From Octopus sinensis (Eukaryota), in NCBI RefSeq assembly GCF_006345805.1, contig NC_043009.1:7874001-7938000 (forward strand): a stretch of 64,000 nucleotides of DNA. Reading direction: 5' to 3'. The translations under genes and the position numbers were made by a program. Each line of letters starts with the position of its first letter. Position 1 is the first letter of the stretch. Shown one piece after another: positions 12,934 to 25,573 of the stretch. A model generated the notes under the pieces. That model was not told the origin of the DNA and did no database searches. It saw only the letters and a program-made list of their open reading frames with translations.

Positions 12934-14059
12934 TTCTATTAGTCTCATTTGTCAAACTGCTTAGTTATAAGAATGTAAACACACCAATATTGGTTTTCAG
13001 TCAGTGATGGTGAACAAACACAAAGACACACATATGTGCATAATCAGTTTCTTTTCTTTCAGTTTCTGTCTCCCAAATCCACTCACAAGGCTTTGGTTGG
13101 CCTGAGGCTATTGTAGAAGATACTTGCTCAAGGTATAGTGGGGCTGAGCCATGTGGCTGCAAAACATCCACATTCTATATTTGCATGAGTCAGATGGAAT
13201 TTATTGAGGTAGGTTTTTATGGCCAAATGCTCTTATTGTTGCCAACCCTCACTTGTTTCTAAGTAAGTTGATATTTCCCCATGGCAGACAACGAGGTTCA
13301 TTCACAACCATCATGTGATGTCAAGACAAGAATACACACACATACACATAAATAACAGGCTTCTTTCAGTTTCCATTAACCAAATCTACTCACAAGGCTT
13401 TGGTCAGTTTAGAGTTATAGTAGCAGACACTTGCAGTAAGACTGTACCTCTGACCATACAGTTGAGAAGCAAATTTGTCAATCACATAGCCATATTCGTA
13501 TACACACACACACACACACATACACACATGATGAGTGAGATCATTAAGCTATTGTTGTATTCTTCAAAAACTCTGTTATTCTTGTTACTATTTACTTAGT
13601 ACAAGTTGCTGTATTTATTTAGATATATAATTTTATTAACAAAGATAGTCACTACAGAATATAGCCAAGTTAGTGTCAATAGAAGTCAGCTTTGAAATAC
13701 AAACAATTTTCTATTTAATTCTTCAGTCTCTCTGTTCAGTTTCTGTGTATTGTCAGCATTGTCATCTTCATCATAAGCAGCAGCAGCCATAGCTTTATTT
13801 ACGATTTTGCATGCTTTGTGGGGGAAACCTTTACTTTTTTCATTTGTTTTCTTTTTAATACTTATTAGGTGTTCCTGATGGTTAGCTTCATATCAGCCCT
13901 GATTAATTAGACCCATGGTCAATGACATTTTATTCCTAGTCACTGTGCTCTCATGACCACAGTCAGTGATTTCCTTTTCTAAGATGGTATCATGTGAGTT
14001 TGAGGGAGATGTGGTTGCTATTTCTAGCAGACCAAGCAGCCCTGTTGCTAATCTTTTTC

Positions 14060-14455
14060 ATCTTTTACTTATTTCAGTTATTAGACTGCGGCCATGGTGG
14101 GGCACTGCCTTGAAGAATTTTAGTCAGATGAATCGACCCCAGTACTGATTTTCTTTAAAGCCTGGTACTTATTCTATCAGTCTCTTTTGCTGAACCACTA
14201 AGTTAAGGGGACGTGAGCACACTAACACTGGTTGTCAAACAGTGATGGAGGACAAAGAAAGGCACAAACACACACACACACACACAGATCTGTACATAAT
14301 GGACTGCTTTCAGTTTCCATCTACCAAATCCACTCTCAAGGCTTTGGTTGGCTTGAGGCTATAGTAAAAGACACTTGCCCAAGGTGCCACACAGTAGGGC
14401 TAAACCTGGAATCATGTGGTTGGAAAACAAACTTCTTACCACACAGCCGTTCCTA
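14060..14455 (-). mobile_element. SINE family A, full-length diverged
   Basis: Antisense match to 20183-20601. Confidence 0.85.
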
Positions 14456-14899
14456 GCCATAGCTTTTTCACAATCTTCCAAGACTAATGGGGACAAAAAT
14501 ATTTATGAAAAGTTAAGATTAATTGAGATTACAGTCATATAAAACTGAAGACATGGTTCATGAGGCCAAAAATACAAACACTACATCAGAAGTAGTGTTG
14601 CCCTTAATCATAGGGTCTACTCGATCACCGTTAATCTTGAGTGAAACAATGAAAGAAATATTCTCTCAGTTATATTAAGCAATGTAACCAACTTTTATCT
14701 TACAACATAGTTCTGTCTATCTAATAATTATCAACTTTCATGACCATCTTAATTTTCAACTTGCATGTCTGTTTTAATTATCAACTCACATGTCTGCCTT
14801 CATTATCAGTTAGCATGTCTGTCTATCAATTTCCATGTATATCTGTCTATGTATCTGCCTAAGCATTTGTCTTTGTCATTTTTTTAATGGTTTTTAAAG

Positions 14900-15023
14900 G
14901 AAGGAACAGTGCTTATTGCTTATGGCCCTCTCAGGCTGTGTGAACCTGGTGAGATTGATACAGCTAATGTTCAGTTTGAACATCTCTAAGTTGACATCTG
15001 AGATGCTGAAGATATCCTTTGAA
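14900..15023 (+). CDS. Candidate internal exon (phase 2 to 0): KEQCLLLMALSGCVNLVRLIQLMFSLNISKLTSEMLKISFE
   Basis: ttttttaatggtttttaaag acceptor, gaa|gtaggt donor, open frame in unique sequence; phase joins 22497. Confidence 0.35.
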
Positions 15024-15439
15024 GTAGGTTATGTGTGCATCACTTTCCATAGTTAATCAGGTAGTACAGGGAGGTGTCATAACCATTTGAACTGGCATTG
15101 TGGTCTCATCATCAGCTTCTTACCGGACGGAAGTGAGGAGACTCTAGAAAAAACGCAAATACAGAGAAATCAAAATCTGAAAGTAACAGGAAAAATTATT
15201 GTGCATACTTAGGCATAGGAATGGGTGTGTAGCAAGGAGCTTGCTTCCCAACAACATGGTTCCAGGTTCAGTCTCACTACATGGCACCTTGGGCAAGTGT
15301 TTTCTGCTATAGCCTCGAGCTTGTGAGTGGATTTGGTGGACGAAAACAAAAAGAAGCTCGTCTCTCTCTCTCTCTCTCTCCCTCCCCCTCTTTCTCACTC
15401 ACACACACATAAATACATACCTACATATATATGTATATA

Positions 15440-15930
15440 GTGAGGACACATAGCCTAGTAGTAAGGGCGTTGCTCTCACGATCACAAGATCGTGGTTTCA
15501 GTTCCTAGACTGGGTGGTGTGTTGTGTTCTTGAGTGAAACACTTCATCTCATGTTGCTCTGTGATCACTTCAACACCTGATGCATGGCACACCTAGCACC
15601 TGTACAGCACAGGTATGTTAGCTTAAATTTTTTCTAGAGTCTCCTCAGCTCCGTCCGGTAAGAAGCTGATGATGAGACCACAATACCAGTCCAAATGGTT
15701 ATGACACCTCCCTGTACTACCTGATTAACTATGGAAAGTGATGCACACATAACCTACTGTACAGGTGCTAGGTGTGCCATGCATCAGGTGTTGAAGTGAT
15801 CACAGAGCAACATGAGATGAAGTGAGTACATTGTGTAGTGTTAATATGCATGAATATAAACAGATCATTTGTGCAGATCATTTGGCAAAAAAGTTAAATA
15901 CTTACACTTTGTCTTCGACAGGAGAGGCCA
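15440..15930 (+). mobile_element. tRNA-headed SINE interrupted by a templated multi-patch insertion (15607-15856)
   Basis: Head ggacacatagcctagtagtaaggg...gttcttgagtgaaacacttc. The insert is made of copies of nearby sequence (see findings). Confidence 0.7.
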
Positions 15931-16164
15931 TCGTGTGTGTGTATGCCTACATGTCTGTATCACTTGACAACTGGTGTTGGTGTGTTTATGTCCCCTGTAA
16001 CTTTATTGTTCAGCAAAAGTGACCGATAGAATCAGTACTAGGCTTTAAAAGATTAAAGCTTGGGGTCAGTTTGTTTGACTAAAAACCCCTCAAGGTAGTA
16101 CCCCAGTATGACCACAGTGTAATGACTGAAACAAGTAAAAGATAAAAGATACTTGGAAGAGCAT

Positions 16165-17380
16165 TAACGTAAATGAAGTATAATTTGGATTTGTGCCAGG
16201 GCAGGAACCACTGATGTTGTCTTTGTAGTAAGACAGTGCTTGAAGAAGTAAATTAATGTTCTTAGCATTTGTTGATCTGAAGAATTTAAGCTAACATACC
16301 TAACACTTGTTGATCTGAAGAAGGCTTTTGGCAAAGTATTATGATCTGTTGTTTGGCAGGTGCTAAGAAAACTGTTGTTGAATGGCTGGGAAGAGCTGTA
16401 TAGAGCTGAAATTAGCAAGGTGTGAGTTAGCAAAGAGTTCAGCAACAAATTTAGTATGCAGGTAGGTGTCTGCCAGAGCTTGGTTCTCAGCTCCCGCCTC
16501 TTTATTATAGTTTCCTCAAGGCATAACAGAGATTGTTCATGAGAATTCTTGCATACCAATGAATAATGGTGTAATCTGTTGGAGAATTACAGAATATATT
16601 GCATACATTCGAATAAACTTAGGATTGAAATGTCTTAAAGTCAATCTAGCAAAGAGGAATTTTTGTCGGCAGGAGAGAAGACAAGATTCTACTGCCATCT
16701 GGGAACTGGTCATGCTAAATATGCAGATTAGGACTACAAGTGCTCAAGAATTATAATGGTATCACAGGCAGGCTGACTGAAGGCTCACTTCTTATCTGGT
16801 AGATGCACAAGTGTAAGTTCCCAATTTGAGAATTGATAAGAGCACCTGTAAAATTCTTTCAGATGCTCCGAAAGCTTTATAGAGAATGTTTAGGGAGTTA
16901 CCAGCTTCCTATGAAGTTTCCATTCCTATCAACCAAGATTATTTGATGTTTTTGTGCAAAGCGTAATGTTTAATGGAGGCAAAACACAGGCCTTGAATTA
17001 GAAAATGTGTAAAGGCATGGGAAAAATGAAGGGAGCACATTGTGTAGTGTTAATATGCATGAATAATAGAACATGAATGAGGTGAGAAAAATATTGGGTA
17101 TAAGAGGACTTAGATGCTGTGTGTAAAAGAGAAGCTTGTACTGGTATGGACATAGGATGCATATGGAAGATGACATTAGGAAAATGATAAGCCATATAAT
17201 CCAAGTGGAAAGAACCTGCAGAAGAGGAAGCCATGGGAAGAAGTGGTGAAAGCTTTTCTAAAGATACTGAATTATAAGAGACAACAAAGGAGTGCAACTG
17301 TTAGCAAGATGCTTCAATGGAGAAAACCTGTCCAGTCCATGCAAGCATAGGAAAACAGTTAAAAAGTGAAGCTGATGATG
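16165..17380 (+). pseudogene. Decayed RTE LINE ORF2 (RT domain to 3' tail)
   Basis: FGFVPG.GTTDVVFVVRQ, FVDLKKAF, VGVCQS.VLS, later WYGH and a gatgatg tail; many frameshifts. Confidence 0.85.
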
Positions 17381-17421
17381 TTTCTTGATAGTTTTAGTCT
17401 CATTATTGATGATTTTTTTCT

Positions 17422-17586
17422 GTTACAAACTATAGTTTATATAAAATAAACTAGTTTTCTTGTTTTCAAATACCTTAATGTAATTACACAATGGTTCCAT
17501 AGGTTACAAACTATAGTTTATATAAAATAAACTAGGATTTTCTTGTTTTCAAATACCTTAATGTAATTACACAATGGTTCCATAGG
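17422..17586. repeat. Tandem duplication of about 82 bp
   Basis: gttacaaactatagtttatataaaataaactag...aatggttccatag occurs twice, nearly identical. Confidence 0.9.
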
Positions 17587-17744
17587 TTTCAAATAGTAGC
17601 AAGCCTAATCCATAACACAGTTTAATACCACTGCTTGGCTGTTTAGCTTTAGCAGGATCCACTCTAATGCAAGGATTCGAACCAAGTTTCCAATTTGAGA
17701 ATTGAGAATTTGATATCTTTGTTTGCATTGTTTCATAAAAAAAA

Positions 17745-18060
17745 AGGTGCATGGTTTAATGGCAAGTGTATTTGGTTCATGATCATAAGTTTGTGAGTTC
17801 AATTCATGGCAATGTGTTGTCCTTGAGCAAGAAACTTTACTTTACATTTCTCCATTCCACTCAGCTGGTAAAAATGAGTAGTACCTGTATTTCAAAGGGC
17901 CAGCCTTCTCACATTCTGTGTCACTGAATCTCCCTGAGAACTATGTTATGGGTACTCATGTCCATGGAATATTCAGCCACTTGCACATTAATTTCATGAG
18001 CAGACCATTCCATTGATGGAATCAGCTGGAACCCTCGTTGTCATAAGGGATGAAGTGCCA
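17745..18060 (+). mobile_element. tRNA-headed SINE (family B head, different 3' module)
   Basis: gagttcaattc B box, ccttgagcaag..cactcagctg core. Confidence 0.65.
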
Positions 18061-18480
18061 CTTCATAACTCAGTTTCTTCTCTTCATGTCCTCCACCAGT
18101 CACCAAGGCCTCGCAAAGCTCACAGATATTGTCCTTTCTCCTCCTCTGATTAAGTCATAGAAAATGTTTATTTTGGTTTTTCAGGTGCAATAGCAGAAAA
18201 AAAAGTCACCTGATTGATCTCTTTTCAGTTTGATTATTCTTACCATATTACTTACCAATATATCTTACTGTACTAACCCTTTCAATACCAACCTGGTTGA
18301 AACTGCCTCTGGCTCAGTAGTACAAATGCCTTGTTTTCTTAAGTTTTGAATTAAAATCTTTCACCAAACCTTAGTCACAATTTATGTTCCCAACACTAGC
18401 TTAATGGTAATTAAGTTATTTTACTAAATTCTTTGTTATATTTAAAATTAATGGAAAGAAACACAGAGCATCTCAAAATA

Positions 18481-18788
18481 AGTGGTTCTCAACTGGGGCC
18501 CATATAAGATTTTTTTGGGTCCACACAAGCAGTACAGTAAATTGGGAATCCACAATAGCAGTTTAAGGGTCCATGGAAAGTGTTGACTTAGATGTGTGTA
18601 TTGCAAGAAAAAACTTTTTTTTTTATACATAGTTCAACCTACACAAGTTAATGTTTGAAAAACAAACTAGTAATTTTGAAAGAAGTAGCTATAAAACTAA
18701 TTTTTAAACATCAAATAGTTAAGGGGGCCCACCAGAGTAAAATCAAAGGGGTCCATAGGTAAAAAAAAAAAATGGTTGAGAACTATTG
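18481..18788. mobile_element. hAT (Charlie-type) MITE inserted in a piggyBac-like MITE fragment (18274-18480)
   Basis: TIRs agtggttctcaac / gttgagaactattg; the host begins taaccctttc. Confidence 0.6.
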
Positions 18789-18959
18789 ATCTAGCCCTTA
18801 GGTAACTTTACAGAGTCCATTTAAAGCAAGTCTTTGGTCTGAGGTTATCCTTCACCAGTCTTGGGGTTAGGGTAGTATAGGGATTATAAAATCACGACCC
18901 TTACTCATTTGAAAATTGGTGTGATAGTCAGCAAAGTGTGAGTTCAATATTCATATTAA

Positions 18960-19709
18960 CCCTTTTGATACAAACCACCCAAGGCCACTCTCTGGCTTTA
19001 TCATACATGCCTCGTTTTGCTTCATGCTCTTGCTTGATGAGGCTGGGGTCATCCCAGTTTAGTGGTCCTAGAGATCAGGCCTACCAGTGATAGAAAGCAC
19101 TGGTGGACCTGATCAGCTCTGTGCCTGCCCCTCTGCATCCTCCAAAGTGACACCAGGCTACAAACTTAATGTTTTATTAGAGTGGTCTAAATTAGAACCT
19201 TCCAACAAAATTTCATGTCAGTTTATGTTCCAAGCACCAGTTTAATAATGACAGTTACAAGAGGGAGCTGAAAAGTTCCTGGTTTTGGGTAAAAGAAAAT
19301 ATAGGAGGATTAGGTAATTACGATTTTATTCAACATATTCTCCTTTCAGATTCACACATTTATTGTAGCAGTCCTTCAGTTTTTCTGAGACCTGTAAAAG
19401 AACTCGGAAGGTTGGGCCTCCAACCAAGTCTTTCACGATACCCTTAAAACCAAGAACTTCTTGGCACCCACGTGTGTGTGTGTGTGTGTGTGTAAGGGAG
19501 TACTGAAAGTTCCTGGCTTTGGGCAAAAGAAAATACAGGAGGATCAGTTTAAAGAACTCAAAAGGTTGTGTCTCTAACCAGGCCTTTTGTGATACTCTTA
19601 AAGCCAGGAACTTTTCAGTACCCCCTTGTATTTTACTAAATTCTACATTATTTTCAAAATCAATTAGAACAAAGAAAAGTATTTCTACAGAGATTTTGGA
19701 ACAAAAGGG
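18960..19709. mobile_element. piggyBac-type MITE (TTAA-flanked) containing nested mariner MITEs
   Basis: TTAA|cccttttg ... caaaaggg|TTAA. Confidence 0.75.
19258..19628 (-). mobile_element. Two tandem mariner-derived MITEs
   Basis: TIR gaggg.gctgaaaagttcctgg / ccaggaacttttcag.acccc, TA flanks. The minus strand encodes a mariner C-terminus, EKLKDCYNKCVNLKGEYVE*. Confidence 0.8.
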
Positions 19710-20182
19710 TTAATCCTCTAGTTTTCAATCTTCTCAATTTAGTTGCACACTGGAAATTAAATAAAAAAAAAAACATTACTGGCACTCTGGAGATTAAATA
19801 AGAGAAATGACTGGTATGCTTTGTATGAAAAGTTAAACGAAACTATGTTTTAAAGTTTTTTAAAAAAATTATATAAAAAATATAAAATAAAAACCTAGTT
19901 TTATTAATCATATTTTTGCATAACAAAATTATAGAATAGCACATTTTTCGAGATGTTCAAGCATTATTGTGGATTTTGTAAAGTCTTAAATTACATAAAA
20001 AAAAATATCTCTATTGTACACCTACACGGCACATCAATGTATTGTTGTATGCTTTTTGAGAACCATGATATTAAGATAACATTTGAGTTTTTGCTTCACT
20101 ACTGCAAAGTCTGCAGTATAAACTGTTAATTATATCACATTTTTACATGAATTGTAAAAAAATGTTTCCCATATATATATAT

Positions 20183-20348
20183 AGGCGCAGGAGTGGCTGT
20201 GTGGTAAGTAGCTTGCTAACCAACCACATGGTTCCAGGTTCAGTCCCACTGCGTGGCATCTTGGGCAAGTGTCTTCTGCTATAGCCCCGGGCCGACCAAT
20301 GCCTTGTGAGTGGATTTGGTAGACGGAAACTGAAAGAAGCCTGTCGTA

Positions 20349-20390
<42 letters not shown>

Positions 20391-20601
20391 TGTATGTGTT
20401 TGTGTTTGTCCCCCTAGCATTGCTTGACAACCGATGCTGGTGTGTTTACGTCCCCCGTCACTTAGCGGTTTGGCAAAAGAGACCGATAGAATAAGTACTG
20501 GGCTTACAAAGAATAAGTCCCGGGGTTGATTTGCTCGACTAAAGGCGGTGCTCCAGCATGGCCGCAGTCAAATGACTGAAACAAGTAAAAGAGTAAAAGA
20601 G
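20183..20601 (+). mobile_element. SINE family A, young full-length reference copy (octopus OK/OR-like CORE-type SINE)
   Basis: ggcgcaggagtggctgtgtggtaag (A box), ggttcagtccc (B box), cttgggcaagtgtctt (CORE-like), internal (TA)n, (AGTAAAAG)n tail. At least 15 further copies or fragments occur in the window. Confidence 0.9.
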
Positions 20602-22496
20602 ATATGTGTGTGTGTGTGCATATATATATATATATATAGCAATGTAGTTAAGGTTATTTTGCAACCAAATGCCTTCAGGTTTAATGTCATTGTATGCTGC
20701 CTTGGGCAAGTATCTTCTTCCCATGCCTTGCGAGTGAACTTAGTAGACAGAAACTGTGCAGAGACCTGTCATATATATTTGTGTTTGTGTCTGTCTTACA
20801 TTGCTTGATAACTTGTGTTAGTTTATTTACATCCCTGTAACTTAGTAAGCTCAACAAGAGGATATTGACATACTGAGTATCAGATTTTAATCACCCACTA
20901 ACTTGCTCTCTTCAGTCCTCGGTCCACTTCACTCCCCCACCTCCCTGTCACATCTTCAGCATCTCTCTCTCTCTTTCCTCTTTTTTCACTTAAGGTTAGC
21001 CATGTTTCTCCTCTGATGCAAGACACTTTTTTTCTTTCCCTCAGTACTACCCCCTACCTCAGTTGAATGCGTTTTGTCTTGCAAGTTACTCGGTGATCTC
21101 ACTGCTGTTGGTGCCACATAAAAAGCACTCAGTACACTCTGTAAAATGGTTGGCATTAGGAAGGGCATTCAGCTGTAGAAACCATACCAAAGCAGGCAAC
21201 TGGGAATGGTGTAGCCTTCTGACTTGCCAATTACTGTCCAACCATCCTACTCACACTTGCCTGGAAAACAGATGCTAAACAATGATGATAATGAAGTACC
21301 AGGGTTGATTTGTTCAACTAAAACCCTTCAAGACTGTTTATCAGAATGGCCACAGTCCAGTGAGTGAAGGGATTTTTTTTTATTCCTGAGATATTGAAAT
21401 ATTAAAAACAGAATTTTAGTCATTTCTTCATTGATGTTATTTATTGGTACTACCATATTTTATTCCATTGTATTTCTCACTTGCTTTATTAAAACTCATC
21501 CTTTTGCTCACACATTGCAATACTTTACTGTCTGTCTGTGTGTTGCTTGCTCCCAGGAATATTTGTTGGTACCAGTAGGCACGTGTCTGAATAAAAATAA
21601 TGACTATTTGTTAAAAATTACACACTGCTTTATTCTTTTTTGTTCTGAACTATTGAAGCAGATGTTCGTCTGATATTTCTAAACATCTGTGGCTTCGAAT
21701 GTCTCAGGCAAGCTATTGTAATGCTTATACATACAGTTTATTGTTCTTTTACTGATTTTATGTTAGGGAAGTACCGTCAAAGATATATGTCCGTTATATG
21801 ACTCCATTACTTTGTATGATCATTATCAACCCTCACAGAAGGATAAATGGTGAAGGTGTCTATTACTGAAATGCCAGTTGTCAACTGATGAGAAACACGG
21901 ACATCTGTACACATTTGGCATGGATAGAAATACCCAAAATATTCTTTTACAGTGACCTTTAGGTCACCCAAGGCCTGTACATATGCATGCACACACACAC
22001 TCACACACTGTCTATGTGTGGCTAAAAGGTTTGATTTGCAACCATGTGGTTCGAGATTTGATCCCACTGTACAGAAACATGAGCAAGTATCTTCTGCTGT
22101 TATCTTGGTGGGTGACCAATACCTTGTGAGTAGAATTTGGTAATCAAAATTTATGCAAATGTCTGTCACATTTTGTTTGTGTGTGTATTTGTGTTTACCA
22201 TTATAAAACAAGTGTTGTGTCAAATAAAAAAAAAATTACAAGTTACCATGTCAATAAATATGCATCAATGCAATAAGTACCAGGCTGAAATAAATACTGG
22301 GGTTGAAAATTTGTGAGGAAGGTACCTTAACTTGACTGTGAGTCCTTTGACTGAAACCTGTAAAAGGTAAAGAGAATGAATGTATTTATTTGTTTATTAA
22401 GCACTTGTATGTAACGCATGCCCTTCATTGTGAGCTATGACATCCAGAAAAAAAGCATCATATCTAATATGCTCTGACTTTTCTTTGCTGTTATAG

Positions 22497-22739
22497 TATA
22501 TAAGAAAAGTGTTTAGTGAGGTGTATAGTAATTGCTGTCTAAAATACATTGAAGAATGCATACATCTTGAGCAAGATAAAAAGCAAATTCAAAACTGGCC
22601 TTTTAACTTTACTGGCAAGAACATCGAATTACTGTTGTCAGCCTTCCCAATGGAAGGCTATCGTTATAAAAAGACATTTTGCAGAACATCAGAAAACTTT
22701 CATTATCGAATATGTTCACTTGAATACTTTTGTTATTAA
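22497..22739 (+). CDS. Candidate terminal coding exon, 80 aa (YIRKVFSEVYSNCC...RICSLEYFCY*), unnamed protein
   Basis: The ORF begins exactly at a polypyrimidine acceptor (ttttctttgctgttatag|) in phase 0. It is non-repetitive and followed by an AT-rich UTR-like region with AATAAA near 23057. Confidence 0.5.
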   Translation, partial: YIRKVFSEVYSNCCLKYIEECIHLEQDKKQIQNWPFNFTGKNIELLLSAFPMEGYRYKKTFCRTSENFHYRICSLEYFCY

Positions 22740-23307
22740 ATACTTTTGATTTTTCATAAAGAAAATATAGTGACAGTTTATTATAACAATTATTGTATTT
22801 CAGGAATAGAAGTATTTATTTCTTGTAATTTATTTTCACATTTTGATAATGACAGTATTTATGTATTATCCTTATTAATTATTTATTAATTTCGTCTTCA
22901 GTTTAAATAATTAAAGTAGAAAGTAATTACATTCTAATTAAAGCATTTAAAGAATAGAAGTTTTTATATTTCATGTTCACATTCAGCCAATGGAAATATA
23001 TTTTTAGATAACAAAATTATTACATTCTGACTTGTCCCCTGCTAAAGGTTGATGGCAATAAAAGCATGGGACCCATGGTTGCAAACTCTGTTGAATATTT
23101 AATATATTGTCACTAACATAAATATATTAAAAAAATGTAACATTATCATCATGATTTTTAACTTTGTTACATATCAGTTAATTTCCAGTCATGCTGTTGT
23201 GGATATTGAGAATGAGAAAATATAGGCAACACTTAATTCTTGTGTGTAATGACATTTAGGCTTAAAAATTTGGGGGAAAAGTATATGGTGAGAGTGTAAT
23301 GCATAAA

Positions 23308-23338
<31 letters not shown>

Positions 23339-23339
23339 A

Positions 23340-23959
23340 CGTGGTCTGATCAATAACTATCCAGATTGTTGCCATAGTAATGAAGCTAAAGCATGCAGAG
23401 TGAAGCCACTTGGCACAAATTGACCTTGAACTCTGCTGTGCATGCACACTAAGTTTTAGCATTCTAGTTCATTTCTGCTGTTTACAGCAGTGCTTGGAAG
23501 GAAGGTGTGTAGCATGTGATTGTCGCATTAACAATGACAGAGAAAGCTGAGCAGAGAATCTGCATCAAATTTTGCCAAAAGCTAAGTGATACCTGCTCAG
23601 AGGCCTCCGCAATGTTTTCAGAAAGTTGTGGGTATCTCAGAACATTTGTCAATATTGACAATTTTTGGCCATCTTGGAAATATCTGAATGACTCCTACAC
23701 TTGTGTGTGGCTCAACTTTGTGCAGGCCTCTGAGCAGGTATTGCCATGACAACTTTCTCTGCTATGGCCAATGCGATGATCACATGCTACACACCTTCCT
23801 TCGAAGTACTGCTGTAAACAGCAGAAGTGAGCTAGAAAGTTAAAACTTGGTACACATGCACAGCAGAGTTCAAGATCAGTCTTTGTCAAGCAGCTTCACT
23901 CTGTATGTTTTAGCTTCAATACTATGGCAACAGTCTAGGTATATATTGATCAGACCTTG
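23340..23959. mobile_element. Palindromic mariner derivative (two inverted 5' ends)
   Basis: TA-flanked, with arms of about 270 bp that are reverse-complementary. The left arm encodes the mariner N-terminus MTEKAEQRICIKFCQKL. Confidence 0.85.
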
Positions 23960-24565
23960 TATGTATATATATATATATATAATCATTGTTTTAATGTCTA
24001 CTTTTCTGTGTCTGCATGTTTAAATGAAATTCAGTGAAGCAGATTTTCTTTTATGGCTGGATGCTCTACCTGTTACCAACCTTCACTTGTTTTCAAAAAG
24101 GCAATGTTTTCCCTAGTCAGGACATGTTTTCATTACGCACAAAGGATACTGTATAACAGTGACATTTTTTTTACAGATAGTGCACAATATCAAAACAAAG
24201 AGACATATACATGCATAAATTAGAATAAGCTTCTTTTCAGTTTCTGTCTAACAATTTCAATCACAAGGCTTTGGTCAGCCTGGAGCTGTAGTAGAAACAT
24301 TTTCCCACACATGCATGGCTGTGCGGTTAAAAAAAGTTTATTTCACAATTACAAGATTTTAGATTTAGTGCCACTGTGCAATACCTTGGACAAGTGTTTT
24401 GTATTACAGTTCCATGCCAACAATGCCTTATGAGTGAATTTGATTAATGAAAAATATACTTCAGATCATCACACTTGTGTATGTGAGTTCCTTTGTGTTT
24501 GTCTCTCACTGTTTGACAACTGGTGTTTAAATAAAAACATACCAATGGAATAAGTACCAGGTGAA

Positions 24566-24907
24566 ATGGTAAAGACCCTCTTCAGTCATGAATGACTATG
24601 GGATTGTACCCAGAAAGTTCCCTTCTGAGGCACAAGTCCAGGCAAGGTTGTTTATGAAAGACCAGTAGTCACCCATGCATATCAGTCTACCCTCTCCATG
24701 CCACCAATGTTATCCAAGGGAAAAGCAAAGGCTGATACAGCTTGGCACCAGTGACACTGTCACAACTCATTTCTACAGGTGAGTGAACTGGAGCAACATG
24801 AAATAAAGTGTCTTGCTCAAGAACACAACATACAACGTGGTCCAGGAATTGAACTCACTACCTCATGATTGTGATCCTGATGCTCTAACCACTGAGCCAT
24901 ATGCCTT
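24566..24907 (-). mobile_element. SINE family B, full-length
   Basis: tRNA head plus cttgagcaagacactttatttc core; matches 36885-37205. Confidence 0.85.
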
Positions 24908-25573
24908 TAAAAATAATGTGATCAATTCAATTGATTGAACCCTTTATGGTGTTTGCCCAGCATAGCTTCAATCTATGGACTGAAGCCAGTAAAAGAACAA
25001 AAGAATATATTCAATAGGATTCTGTATAGCTTTTATCTACCAGATTTCAATTAGTTGATGCCCAACCCTCAGCACTGCACAGTTTTATTGAACACAGGAC
25101 CCACAATTATACCTGTACTAATGTGTATAGGACTTAAATAACTTTTGGCTTTTGCTTGGCCTTGTGGTAGAAAATTTAAGGTTGTTATATTTGAAAATAA
25201 TAATAAAGAAAAGGCAACGTTTTAACATAATAAATTCACTCAGTTATTGATGTGATGGTTTTACACATTGTATATAAATATCATACATAAAATATTTTAT
25301 ACATAATTTTCTTTTGATTGTCTGCAATTGTATATTTTTATAATTCTCTTGCTACTGCATACTTTTCTTCACTGTAAATCAGCCCCCTTGTTTTCAACTA
25401 GATTATAACCAGCCATGTAACCATACCCTACTGAAAATGGAACAGTGTTTGTAATACAATCAAGAAGCTGGTATTGATGGATCTTGCATTGGTTTCAATG
25501 AACGTATGTTCCATTTGTGGTATCAGTCAAACTTCCTACTCTTTGTTTAATAGTGTAAGTAGCGGAGTGTCAC

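Noticed and set aside
16164-16559. 131-aa minus-strand ORF
   Set aside because: Antisense shadow of a decayed RTE reverse transcriptase.
21662-21850. Two small + strand exons with a GC donor
   Set aside because: Several frames are open and no donor gives a phase-0 join to 22497; left unresolved.
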